Positions 11,641-24,727 of a stretch of 64,000 nt of DNA are shown piece by piece (the stretch's first letter is position 1; every line of letters starts with the position of its first letter). The DNA lies in NCBI GenBank assembly GCA_965637545.1, contig OZ281496.1:21886001-21950000 (forward strand), given 5' to 3'. Source of the DNA: Phallusia mammillata. Lineage: Eukaryota. The notes under the pieces are model-generated. The model did no database searches and was not told where the DNA came from. It saw only the letters and a program-made list of their open reading frames with translations. The translations under genes and the position numbers were made by a program.

Positions 11641-14596
11641 TCAGTGCAGAAAGATCCCCATAAATTGCGCTGCTACCATTATCAGGACACCATTGTTTTG
11701 CAAGCACCTGAAAAATAATGATCATCTCTTTAAATTCTGTGCAATCACTTATCTCTTGTCCCCATCTCAAAGCTCTGGTTTTTTAACTGCCCAAATCTGT
11801 TTGTGCATTTCGCATTTATTGCGTGAAAAGAAACCTAGGATTTTTATGAACACTGTTAAGGATCTTTAAAATTTAAAGCACATCGTGGCATAAGTTATGT
11901 GGAAACACTGACATAAACAGGTGACTGAACATACTTTGAGATGGGCTACATAAAACACAGCACGATAAAACTGCTTACAGACAAAACTGGTTAATGACTT
12001 TCCAGATTATTGCATATGCATTTAATTGCAAAGAAATCGTTAATCCCATACCGTAGTCTAGTAAAATCGTCATCGCATATCGCTTATATTAAAAGTTTGA
12101 ACGAAATATGCGATTTTGCATTGCCAGGGAAGTGCGAATGAGCACTTCTTTTAACAACGCAAAGTCCGTCTAACAGCGTAAAAACGCTTGGTAAGTGGTT
12201 GGTTATGTGATTCACCAGTTTATGCTTCAGAAATATATTTCTCTTACTTACCACTTGGGGCAGGAAAAGTCAAACCAGTCACTGTAAAAGACAAAATATT
12301 TACTTTGTATCAAAATATTTTTAGATAATATGGATATGTTTCTTACCATCGTGGATCCATGAATAAACCTCAATGACATCTGTAAAGTAGTCCGGTCCTT
12401 TGCCGCATAAAGTAGTCCGGTCCTTTGCCGCATGTCTCTATTGTAAAACTAATGATTCCATACTGATACCAAGTCTGATTTCCACGTTCACAAACCAACG
12501 GCCCACCGCCGTCACCCTATATAACAATCGAAAAGTTTGTTTTCGGCTTGCAACGACTCAAAATTACCTTAAGACATGTAATAACCCGCAAAACAGCGAA
12601 ATCAAGCACTTTTACCAAGCAAATAAGAGTTTGTTGCGTCTACAATAAAACGCCTTGCAAATATAGTGAAATTGCTTGCTTTGCGAAAGAAAAACACTAG
12701 AGCAAGCAAGCCGGAAATAATTAGGCAGCGTTAAAACGGTTTCAGGCACAAAATGTGACGAACTTATTCGATTAGATCTATTCTAAGGTAACAGTGCTGA
12801 ATTTGCCTGATTGTGTGTAAATTAAGTTGCTAAAGGTAATTCACTTACCACACATATATCGACTTTCCTGAAGCAGTGGCACACATCACACTTTCAGGCA
12901 TCGTGCTTGCCAATCGGTTGCGACAATAACTGTCGCTTTGAACTTCTAGTTGTGCTTGTCGCAAACTGGGCGAATAATCATCGGTCGCTGCAACACAATT
13001 AGACACACATGCATGTAACTGCAGGTGGCATGATGTTAGTGTAAACGCTGGCTAACTTTGTAAATATTAAACACGTCTCAATTTGTGTATTTAAAGCTAC
13101 ACAAGGGACAAAAGTTTGCCAATAAAAACAACATATTATCGAAAATAATAGTTAGTTGTAAACAAATCATTTGCTCTTACTACTTGATGGGTGGCCCCAT
13201 CCAGTGGCGTAGCACATGGTTCCGGTTTCAACATTGTGACTTTGAATTGATGGTAGACATACTGGTCCGACGTTGTCATTAAACGTGATGCTATTTTTAA
13301 GTAAAGAAGACCAACGTCATAGCCATCTTGCCACGAGCCACTGTATATAATGAGAATGTAAAAAGGTTGTTTTTTGTTTACACATTTTCATGACATAGGC
13401 TCACGTGGCTGCATAGTGCCAGTATTGATTTAACACTTCAAATTTTTGCTGTCCAGGATCTATTGTATTTTTTCCATAGATCTTTCCCACCGTCACTTCG
13501 ATGCTGCCACATGTTAAAAAGCAAAATTCATGTAATTTGTGTTTGCTCCGAGATGCAATATATGTTGTACATTTAGTTTTCTTACGTATCACTCAATTGA
13601 AAACAAGATGCAGCTGTTAAAATCCATCTGTCCGAAAGAATTGTTTCCCCACAGAATATGTAAATTACGCCAAGTGGGTGATTAGCGTGAACCATGGCTT
13701 GCCAAGGCCATTCACCGCGTTGTGACGCTGTTCCACCAGCAATTCTTGAAGGCTGAATATACAACACTTCTCACAACATTTAGGTTTTTGTTCTTGCTTT
13801 AAGTTTGCTGACTACCCCAATTTGCCCAGGTTTATATCGGCGATGCAAAATATCCTTAATATAAAAGTCTGTTATTCGTGGCCCAACTCAGTTGCGGAGC
13901 TAAAATGAGGATTATACTGTGTTTCACCGGCTATTCGCAAAGACTAAACAAATAGTACCTTAATTGCTATTAAATTTTGCCTCGCTGGATGATCAAAGTA
14001 TGTTTTTGCGTGTTTGTTAAAACGTAGGGCATTTGTCAATTTCTCGTACTTTGCATAAGTCGAGGTATAAGAACATGTTTATCTCGTTGCATAACTAACG
14101 ATAAGCTAAACAGTGTTGGACAACATTGTTTACCCCGAAACCAGGCTGGATTAAAGTAGATGATAGTTTATGTCCTAAGTTTAATTGCCAAGTGTTGTAC
14201 AAAAGTAACGAATTTGTAAAAAATATGTAACTATCTTTTCCAAAGTATGTTAATATCTTAATGTGTATCATCAACGTTTAAGTTTATTCTATGCAAATAA
14301 AACATTGATACTTACTAACGAACTTTCTTTGACTCGTTTCCCACAGTTTTCAATGGTTTGCATATACATATGTATATATTTTTGCCTATGTTCCACGAAG
14401 GAGTATAAATGTGTAATGCAGGCATATAATGCTTACTTTCGAAATAGATTGGTAGAAACTACAAGCAATATTCCATTCGGATTTTAAATAAAATCATTCG
14501 GATTTTAAAAACAATTAAATAAAAAAACAGTTTTAACTTACCAGATATACAAGAGGCGGCAAATAAAATATAGACCAGATGGGGTATTGTAACCAT
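11641..14596 (-). pseudogene. G3: single-domain SP-PSP-GPI pseudogene
   Basis: Exons: 14542-14596 (SP); about 14316-14360 (AG acceptor lost); 13586-13752 (TAASC); 13405-13503; 13181-13340 (160 vs 161 nt, frameshift); 12849-12987 (139 vs 137 nt); 12347-12516 (25-nt tandem duplication 12384-12433); 12252-12281; 11641-11707 (67 vs 80 nt). Confidence 0.85.
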
Positions 14597-15412
14597 TTTT
14601 GTTACACTTGTCATTTAAAGAACAAAATTTCTGAATTTCTGTTGCAAAACATATACATATGTTTTTCTTTGTTTAATTTGACTTTTTATTATCAACAGAT
14701 CCCAAGTCAAAAACATTTAACGCTGACATGGTCTAATATGCTTTTCTAACCTTTCCTCATAACACTTCTAATGGCGTCTTTCACAATCCGGATTGAAAAA
14801 TTGTTATGAACTGTTTTTAAGGAAGTTCAGTGATAATATGATTAAAGAAAAAACAAGTCCAATGGCAACATCTTGGGAAATCTCGACATTTACAAATCTA
14901 TTAAACTCGACTAACTGCTTCACACCAACCTATCTCTGTCTTTGTAACTTATTACCGAACCCTATACCTACACCGTATACCAGGAAAAGTGTAATTAGGT
15001 CATGGTAGGTAAATATTGGCTTAATTGGTGAGACTAATCGACTCCGAAAAGTTTTATGTTGATTAGCCACTGATGCGTGACGGAGTGACATTCTCGTTTT
15101 ATCGACACAAATCGTATACTTCCTGCAGCGCCCAACTGTGATATTTCATATTGCTTATTGTACAAATACCGAACTGTCGTGCGGTTGTGTTTATCAGCTA
15201 CTACTGTGATTTACGGATAAAACAGGTTGTTGATAAATGGTTCGAGTCTTGTGACCACAAATAGCCTTCTTTTTTGGTTTATTATGCGCCTTAGAGACCA
15301 ATGTATGTGTATATTCTTGCTTGATAAACAAAAAAAAACACCATAAAATAACACTTAATTTTGAAAGTATATTATGCACATAGTATTTCAAGCCATATTC
15401 CATTTCGCATGA

Positions 15413-18400
15413 CTACATAACTGAATGAAGAACGATACAAATTGTCCAAGTAACCATCATAAAGAAACTGTGCTTGGGACAGTTTGAGTCACATGTGTAG
15501 CTTCCCACATAGTTTGTGCATTTTTTGTTCGGACACGGGTTTGGTGTTTGGTCGCATTCGTTGACATCTGTATGCAATGCGAAGGATGTTCAGCAAAGAA
15601 AAAAGTTGAAAACAATAGAAAGATGTATAGTTTGTAAAGCTTACCTCTTGGTGCTGAGAACTCGAGACCCGTTTCTAAAAATTTATATTTTATCGGTTTT
15701 GTTGCTTTGTTATTTGACGTAAACATGTTATTCACAAAACGAGTTGTTTGGTTTGGTTACAAAAAACAGGTAATGGTTTTAAAATTATCGTACATTATAA
15801 ATTGAAAGGTTATAAGCTTTTAAAAGTTTCTGTTCTCTCAGCATGACATATTATCCGTTCTTATTGTTTTTAGCATATCTAATCCGAAACAGTAACCATT
15901 TGTTTTCCTTGTCACAAGTCCTTATTTCCTTACGGGAAGAAATCCATGAATACACTTCAGTTACTTCAGTGAAGTAGGAATATCCTTCTCCACAGGTGCC
16001 ATCACTAAAGCTGCCTATACCATACTGGTACCATGTTTGGTTGCCAACATCGCACATCAACGGACCTCCCCAGTCTCCCTGCAAACAAAACCTTTAATAA
16101 ACAGCTTGTTCCGAGTGCAATATTATTTCCGGAGCTACTCTCTATCAACCCCTAAAACATACGAGCATCTAGGAAAACCGTACACTGTACGCTCAATGTA
16201 ACTGTTCACGCGATACTGGAGATATAGGCTACATAAGAAAATTTTCGAGATACTCATACTTTTTGCGACCAAAACATGGTGATAAGATACACAGCGATGT
16301 TTGTTGCGTAGTAGGACAAAACGATCCAGCATCATTTAATCAACCCCACGGAATCCAGCTTTTATGCCACTTAGCAGCATATCATTCCAACTTAAATCAT
16401 TTATCTCCAAGTTACATTTTGATAAACATACTTCTGTTTTACGAAAACTAAAAGTACAACTCGAGATTAGGAACAAAAAAATAAGTTTTGTTGTTATAGT
16501 TGTTTTGGTTAACCAGGTTGAGAATTGAAACACATTGCGGACACAGGCAGTTACTAAATATGTTTTAAGTTGCAAAGAAAGATAAAGAAAAGAACATGAG
16601 TTAAATTACCGCACAAGTATCTTTGTTTGTTGCTGTTGCACACATAATGCTGGATGGAATTCCACTTGCATATGCATTTATAAACTGAATATAATCCGGA
16701 TTGCAATATGAATCTGATTTAATCTCCAGTTCAACTTGTTTCAGCGTCGTTGATGCATATTTATTGAAGTCTAAAATTATGATATGTTACGTGCTTCATT
16801 CGTTCCAAAGACAGTCTTATATTATCAAGATCTAAAGCCGTTGATAACTTAGTAGTGGCTTTATGTTGCTTAAAGCAGACCACAACACGACCTTGCCTAA
16901 TTGCGGTACGATAAACTATATGCCTTGCATGGTAAATTTCATCTGCATGTTTTTCAAAGTAATAAACAAAGATACTAAATACCAAAGGTGGTCAAACGTC
17001 TTTCGTTAGAGTGTAAGAAATTCAAAGATTATCTCACCGGATGTTCGTCCCCAGCCGGCGAAGTAGCAATATGTGCCGGGAGCCATCTTGTAATCTATTC
17101 CTGGTGGTAAACAAATGGGCTTTGTAACCCAATTAAACACAATCCTGGCTGACAATTTCAGAAGTCCCACGTAGTTCCCCTTTGCATAATTTCTGCAAAG
17201 CCACATCGTAAAAACAGACAAAATTCATTACTTTGTTACTTTCTTAGTTAAATATTTGTAAGTCATTTGTCGCGCATATTCTATTTCGTTTTGCTAAATG
17301 TTTTTTTTTTTTGATTTACACTGTAACTGGATTTGTTGGGTTACGATGTTGAGTATAAAACCAAGTGAATTAAAATTGAATATTTTTTGTCCTCTTATAC
17401 TAAGTTACTCTTCTTAGTCAGTAGAAAAAAAATGTATTTAGAAACTGTTGAATATTTCTTACATCAAGCTGGAATGTGATATTTTCTGTTGCACTGCAAA
17501 CTTCTGTTGTGTAGATGCATCCGAGAGTCCCCTCCTTCCCACTATGACAATCAACCTAAAACATTACATATTCTCAATCGTGTCTATAACACACTAGTGA
17601 TGAAGGGTGAGCTACTTACGTGTCTGTTTGACTGAAACAGTCAGCTCCAGTCAAAATCCATCGTTCAGACAATATGCTACCACCACATTTAAATGTTTCG
17701 GCTGAGAAGCTTTTTTTGTACATTTGAGCCATCCATGGCCACCAACCAGTCTTTACTGTGGAACCCCCGTAAATTCTACCGCTCTGCATAAAGCATTGCA
17801 TGTAATTTCTCCACTACTTTTATGTTGTAAGGTTCGTTTATAACTTAATGTTGCCAAGATAAAGTACAATTGTTTCTGTAAGGCTAATCTACATCTTAAT
17901 GAGACATTTTTGAAATGCTTTTGATATATGCTTGTCTTTATTGTTTCGTTTTTAGCTAACTGTATTTTGATAAGTTGGCGGCCACAAACTCGGAAAAAAA
18001 TGAGATTGACAACAAATATTGTGTAATAAAAAGTAAAAATTTCTTAGTTATGTACTTACTGTTGTTATGGCGCTGGATAGTTTTCCACAGCTTGTGGGCT
18101 CTGTAAGTACATTGGTATTTGGCTTGCATCATATTCGGATTTCTTGGCCTAATTTTATTATCAAATAACTTACAGATATTTACAGTACTATGGTACGGTT
18201 TTGGGTGTGCCTGAAGTTTTTGTACTTGAAAAAGATAATAGAAAACGACTCTGTGCGAGCCATGTTTTATCTCTGGAGTTGGTCTTTCTATTGCAACGTT
18301 AGTCTGTCATAAATATCACTTACTGCACGTCGGTGTGGGGACAGACCAGCCGTCTTCGCCACAAGTCGCCTCAAGCGACCTTTCCATTACTTCGTATCCA

Positions 18401-21400
18401 CTGGCACATGTAAACGTTATGACGTCACCCGACGTATAGATTGTCTTTACTGGCACAATTGCTCCATGTTGAGACGGTATTGGTTGTAAGCAGGTTATGG
18501 CTACACAATTAATACATCGTCGCAGTATGGCATTGCATCATGTAAGATTATGTTCAAAAGACAGGTTCGTAGTAACAATTTAAGGAACCGTAGCAATAAA
18601 TAAGTAGTCAAACAAAACACACAGAAAAGCACGATCGATTGCAGCCACACGATCTTGTTACCGCTATTTTTTGTGTGTGTTTTGTTGCTATTGTAGCTTT
18701 ACAAGAAATTTATGTAAGAAGATACGCCATTATTTTGAAGGCGTTTTTTGTGGGCCGCCGAAACGTCGTTTATTTATGATAAAAACTGCTGGAAGAGCAA
18801 TACTGGTTTATAGGTTTGAATGAATCCAATCATTTCATTTTACATGCAATACGAAAATTATTAAGCAAATTCGTTGAAAAGTTGAAAAGCAAACGGCCTT
18901 AATATCACCTAAGTGTAGATTGTTTGTTATATGATTGTACTATTTTTCTACTTGTACTTGTTTGCAAGTAGCATACCTTTACATGTGGATGTAGCTTTTG
19001 ACCACATTCCTTTGCCGCCAGACTCTGTACAAGTTGCCGAGTTGCTACCGAGCAACTTAAAACCACTTTTGCAGCCGATTGTTACAGTTTTGTTCAACGC
19101 GTACACGCTGTAATCTGGTGTTATTGTTACGTTTGGAATGATTGGTCTTGAGCAGGTAACAACTAGATAAAAACTTTCGAAAAATAAATGTGAATATGCT
19201 AGGAACTATAAATCCACTTTTTATCAAACGCTTTTACCCAATGTGCCTCAAAGTCGACGTTTGCAATGTAAACGAGTTATTAAGGCCTTGTACACGATAT
19301 TATAAAAAAAATTCATAGTTTTTACCAAGGCCTGCTAGTTGCGATATACATGTACATCATGTTTTAAACTTTTGCTTTGGTTTACTTTTTCTTCTTGAAC
19401 TTTTGTACACAACTAAGTATTTAAACATGTTCTCACCGTTTGGTGCATCAAACTCCAGTCCAGTTACTGTGATAAAAACAGTGTTGTGTCGTACTACTAT
19501 GCTGTTAAATGACATATGGGTTTGGCTTACCTTGACTAATCCAGGCGTAGACATACGATGTCATGGTTAAGAAACTAGGTCCTTTACCACACTTCGATAC
19601 CCCGAAGCTTAACAAACCGTATTGATACCATGTTTGATTTCGATCTTGACACATAAGGGGACCCCCTCCATCTCCCTATACACCAACACGCAATAAAACG
19701 CTACTCATTGAAAACTCATTATGTTTGTGACATACAAAATACTGATGTGTGCTTACTTTGCAAAGATCTTTGTTACTTGCTTCTACACACATGAGGCTTC
19801 GTGGAATTCCTCCGCTTGGCGCAAATAAAATCCTATTGAAAATTCCTTCGCAATAAGACTCGCTTTTTACATTCAGCTCCACTTCCCGTAGTTGGTCTGA
19901 AGTGCTATCATCTGAATCGCTTAAGTGTTATGTTTAGTTGTGAATAAAATACCATTGTTGCCTTACCAGATATTCTTCCGAACCCAGCAAAAATGCATTT
20001 CGTTTCTGGTGGTACAGAGTATGATGTTCCTGGGGGTAGACATATTGGACTAACAAGCTCGCTAAATATTATCTTGTATACCAATTGTAAAAGTGCCACA
20101 TCGTTGCCGTGAAGGAAGCTTCCAAAAATAGAGAACCTGCGAAAAATATTTTTGTCTAGGTTGATTCTGCTTTCAGGTTTTTACTATTGAGTTTAGACAT
20201 TTAAACTTACGTGTAGTTTGGATGCGTATATTTTCGTGCTACAATTATTTCCTGAGTCGATCCGTTCACTGATTTTATATTCGTGCCCACAACAACCACA
20301 AGCCTAAAAGCAAGGAGTCGTAAAAGATAAACAAAATACAATTAAAATGACAAATTATATGGGGGTAGTTTACTAACGATAAACCATGTAGGTCCCTTTC
20401 TGACCAGAGGTGCGTCAAGTGTCAGAAGATCATTAAGATTAAAGACCTCGGACCGAATAGTCCACTTCAATACAAAACAGATGCTATTCCTATGAGTTTG
20501 AGACGCTATTCCGATGAGTTTGCATGTAACTACCTTTGTCTTTCAACTAGATTCTTTAAAACTAAACTATTTTACTTGTTTCCTTGAAAACTATTTTAAA
20601 CGCGATTGAGTTAATCATTAGTACGGGAAGTGCTATGCCTCATTGAAGTGATATCGCATTAAACATACAATGATGTTTAGGGAAATTTATAGACCATAAA
20701 GGACAGTTTTCAGTTTCCGGACTGTCGTCTGATTGTCGTAAAATAATAATAATAAAAAATAGACCATAAAGTTAAATGTAAAGATTTAAAGTTGTTATAA
20801 AGTAACAAACTTACGTGTATGAAGAACTAACACAACCAGCAGCAGTCAAAACCCATCGTTCAGATAATATGCTCCCATCGCATTCAAATGTCTTGGTCGA
20901 GATGCTTTTTTTGTAAATTTGAGCCATCCATGGCCACGAACCAGTCTTTGCTGTGGAACCCCCGTAAACTCTTCCGGTCTGCATAGAACATTGCTTGTAA
21001 TGCCCTATAACCTTTATGGTCTAGTTTGGTAACCTGTCGCCAGATAAGGTTTATTTATCGCCGTAAGGCTAAACAACAACAATCTGTTGGATAAAAGGTA
21101 CTTCAATTCACGGTTTTAATTCTCACAAGAAACAAACAAGCCAATATATTTGTATGGAACATGACATTTCGGCAGCAACTTGTGTCATTTTCAAATAAAA
21201 TAAACGTAAAAACCAAATAGCACGTAAATCTATCGTGCCATGTTTAAAATGTTTTTGATGTGGAGTTGCATTTGTGGGTTTTTTTTATTAGTGTATTTTT
21301 GGTTGATTGGAAGTCACAAACGCGTTCGATTAAGTTCGTTGGTTGATGGTAAATTTCGGACGAAACGTTTGAGGTTCAACAATTATTTGGAATTATTCTC

Positions 21401-24400
21401 AGTTATGTACTTACTATTGCTTTGGCGCCGTGTCGTTTTCCACAGCTTGCTGGTTCTGTAAGTAAGTTACATACAAATTGTGTCAGTGTGACTATAAATT
21501 CGTTACCTATGGCCGTATTCTACCATCCAAATATTTACAGACATTACTGGAATGAACAGTACGGTACGGGCCTGAACTTTTTAAGTTTAAAAAGGAAATA
21601 GCAAAGCCACTTAAGGCTATATACAGAACATATTCTTTTCAAAGGTAATAGTATTTGGTCTTTTATTGCAACTTCAATTGGGTAAAAGTACCACTTACCG
21701 CAAAACGGTGTGGCGGATGACCAGCCATGTTCTCCACATGTCGCCGTGAGGGAGCTTGCTATCGGTTCGTATCCAATGGCACATCTAAACGTTATGATGT
21801 CACCCGCCATGTAGGTTGTCTTTATTGGTTCATAGATTGCATGTTGAAGCAGTATCGGTTGTGAGCAAGTTATAGCTGCACAAATAATAAATGATCATAG
21901 AACAGGTATTGCTTCATATAATCAAAATCTTGTGTTTACAAGACAATTGTTTATGCGACGTTTACATTAATAATTGCATCTAATATACTGGGAGTGATAA
22001 ATTAGGAGACTTCAACCAGAAACAAATGGTCAAAGTTAAATGATTTATTTGTAATCTGATTTCATTGTTGCGTTCAAAATGCTTTTCCTCGAGCAGGTAA
22101 CGAATAACAAAAATTGGAAAGCTTTTTGTTGAGTTTTTCTACTTGGGAATATTCTGCCAATACTTTTAACCAATGTGAACAAACAACCATTCTTTAACCT
22201 CTTGGTTTACCTTCTGTTTGAGAACTTTTAAACACAATCATACTTAGTGTGCATATTCTTACCCTTTGGTGCGGGGAACTGCAGGTCAGTAACTGTAAGA
22301 ACAAACAGGCCTGTGTTGTACTAGTGTGTTGATTCGAATACGCGTTTGGCCTACCTTGACTAATCCAGTTGTAAACGTATGACACCGTGGTTAAGAAACT
22401 TGGTCCTTTACCACATCCTGATACCCCGAAACTCTGCATACCGTATTGATACCATGTTTGATTTTGATCTTGACACATAAGGGGGCCTCCACTGTCTCCC
22501 TACCCAAACACAATTGAATAATAGTTGAGCATGAAAACCTGAACACCTTAATAACAAGCCATATTTTGTTCTTACTTTGCAAAGATCTTTTTCACTTGAT
22601 TCTACGCACATGACACTTTGTGGGATTCCTCCGCTTGGTGCATGTAAAATGTTCCTGAAAATTCCTTCGCAATAAGACTTGCTTTTCACATTCAGCTCCA
22701 CTTCCCGTGACTTGTCTGATGTAGTGTTATCTGAATTGTTCATATGTTAAGTTTTGCGGTATCAGTATAAAAATCCCATTGTTGCCTTACCAGATATTCT
22801 TCCGAAGCCGGCGAAAATGCATTTCGTTTCTGGTGGTACAGAGTAAGTTGATCCTGGGGGTAGACAGATTGGACTAACAAACTCGTTAAAAGTAATGTTG
22901 GATGACAATTTTAAAAGTGCCACATCGTTGCCACGAAGAAAATTTCCAAAGGGGTAAAACCTGAGGGAAATACCGTTGTCGTGAAATTTGGATTTTTACA
23001 ATTAAATTAAGCCATTTTAACTTACGTGTAGTTTGGATGCTTGTATGTTTGTGCTACAACTATTTCCTGTTGAGTCGATTCAATAATCGATTTTGAATTC
23101 GTCCCCACAAATACCACAAGTCTAAAAGCAAAGACTCGTAAACGCGAAACAGAAACCAATCCTAAGTGGATATTATAGTGGATTGAATTGTTTTTTTTTT
23201 TTTCGATATATCATGTCGTAACGCAACTGACATATCATATCCAACATGTTAACTTGGGCGGGCCAATGAATTGGCCCGAAGACATGGTCAATCGTAAATC
23301 GCGATAGAAGACAAACTGGTACGAATAGTTACACAAGCGTTTATCGGTTTATGCATCATTCACGAAGCGCCAAAAAGTTAACGAAGTTTTATTACTTGCG
23401 CATAAATGACTTACTGATCTGAATTAGTAAAACATCCAGCAGAAGTCATAACCCAATTTTCTGCCAGTATGCTTCCTGTACAGACTGCGTAGGTTGCGTT
23501 TCCATTAACTTTTCCTAAAAGTGCCAACCAAGGCCATGATCCGTTGGCAGACACAGTACCACCAAATACTCTTCCTTTCTGTCACAAAAGAAAAACTTTA
23601 CGTTGTACAAAAAGTACAGTAGATGGGCTTAACTAGGTCTCAAGACACACAAAATCAGACGCTTTTGACTCCAACTTTTAGAACATATACTACTAAAATT
23701 TACAGTTTTTAGATAACTTACGACTTACCACACCAGAAACTCTGGGTCGCTGTCCACAGGTTTGAAATGAATTAGCTGCAATGAAAATATTTTTAAATTA
23801 TTTATAAAACATAAATGTATGCATTAAAACAGTGGTTCTCAAAGTATGGGTCGCGACCCAAACATGGGTCGCGCTGCAGTGATTCAATTCTGCCCAAACG
23901 AACTATTACTGTATTAGGTAAACATAAACGAATTTTCTTAAATTAGTAGTAAAGTCACCTCATTTGACACGTTGTACAGTAAATGAACCAATCATTACAA
24001 CATACCGACAATAGCCTTCCAATTTTACTGTTACGCACATAGCGATTGTAACGTCATAGCACGGGGAATGATAGGACAAGGTAATCTTGCGAAACTAGAC
24101 GTGGAGATGTAACAGTTAGCGTTTAAGGATTATTAAGTATTCATACAAGGAAACTTTTTAGATTTGGGATTCAATTCTATCAATGATCATGGTGCTGCAA
24201 AGCCTCAATGTGTGTTTGTTATGCAGTGTTATCAAACGAATCGACCTCGTTAAGCCTACAGCCATTTAGACATGGGCAGACTCCTATGCGGCGACGGCGT
24301 GGCCTCGAAATTGCAGTTCGTCTCGTTAATAATAATATTTAAATTTTTTGATGTTTGAGGCTTGGGTCGTGAGATATTCATAAAACTCAGATTTGGGTCG

Positions 24401-24512
24401 CGGTCAAAAAAGTTTGAGAACCGCTGCATTAAAAGTATAGGTATGAAATTTTAATCTTACCTACTAAAACTGTTGTTGAGAAAACGACAAGCCAGCTCCA
24501 TGTATTGTACAT
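15413..24512 (-). CDS. G4: three-domain poly-pseudoprotease, SP-PSP-CCP-PSP-2xCCP-PSP-EGF-GPI (1046 aa)
   Basis: Exons: 24461-24512, 23729-23775, 23415-23578 (TSAGC), 23026-23121, 22791-22960, 22576-22730, 22355-22499 (GDSGGP), 22263-22292, 21699-21875 (CCP), 21415-21455, 20815-20978 (TAAGC), 20211-20303, 19967-20136, 19757-19911, 19531-19675 (GDGGGP), 19437-19466, 18977-19162 and 18324-18500 (CCP), 18060-18100, 17620-17783 (TGADC), 17463-17555, 17038-17192, 16610-16770, 15934-16078 (GDWGGP), 15645-15674, 15413-15567 (EGF plus hydrophobic tail). Total 3141 nt, open, all GT-AG. Confidence 0.85.
23830..24426. mobile_element. hAT (Buster-like) MITE
   Basis: TIR CAGTGGTTCTCAAA / TTTGAGAACCGCTG; exact 8-bp TSD CATTAAAA. 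Confidence 0.9.
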
Positions 24513-24727
24513 AGTTTGCTTTTTTACCAAAACAACTTAGATGTACCCCTAAATACTGTAGGAGGTCAAAAAACAAATGTCAGTTATGCCAAGGGCGTAT
24601 TAACACGAATTATGGGCATCTGAAGTCATCTGGTGAACACAAAACACTAGTAACGTTATTGCAGGTGATTCAATTGTTGTGACTAAGACCTCATGTTGTA
24701 TGTCTAACTAATGTGAGTGAATGGTCG

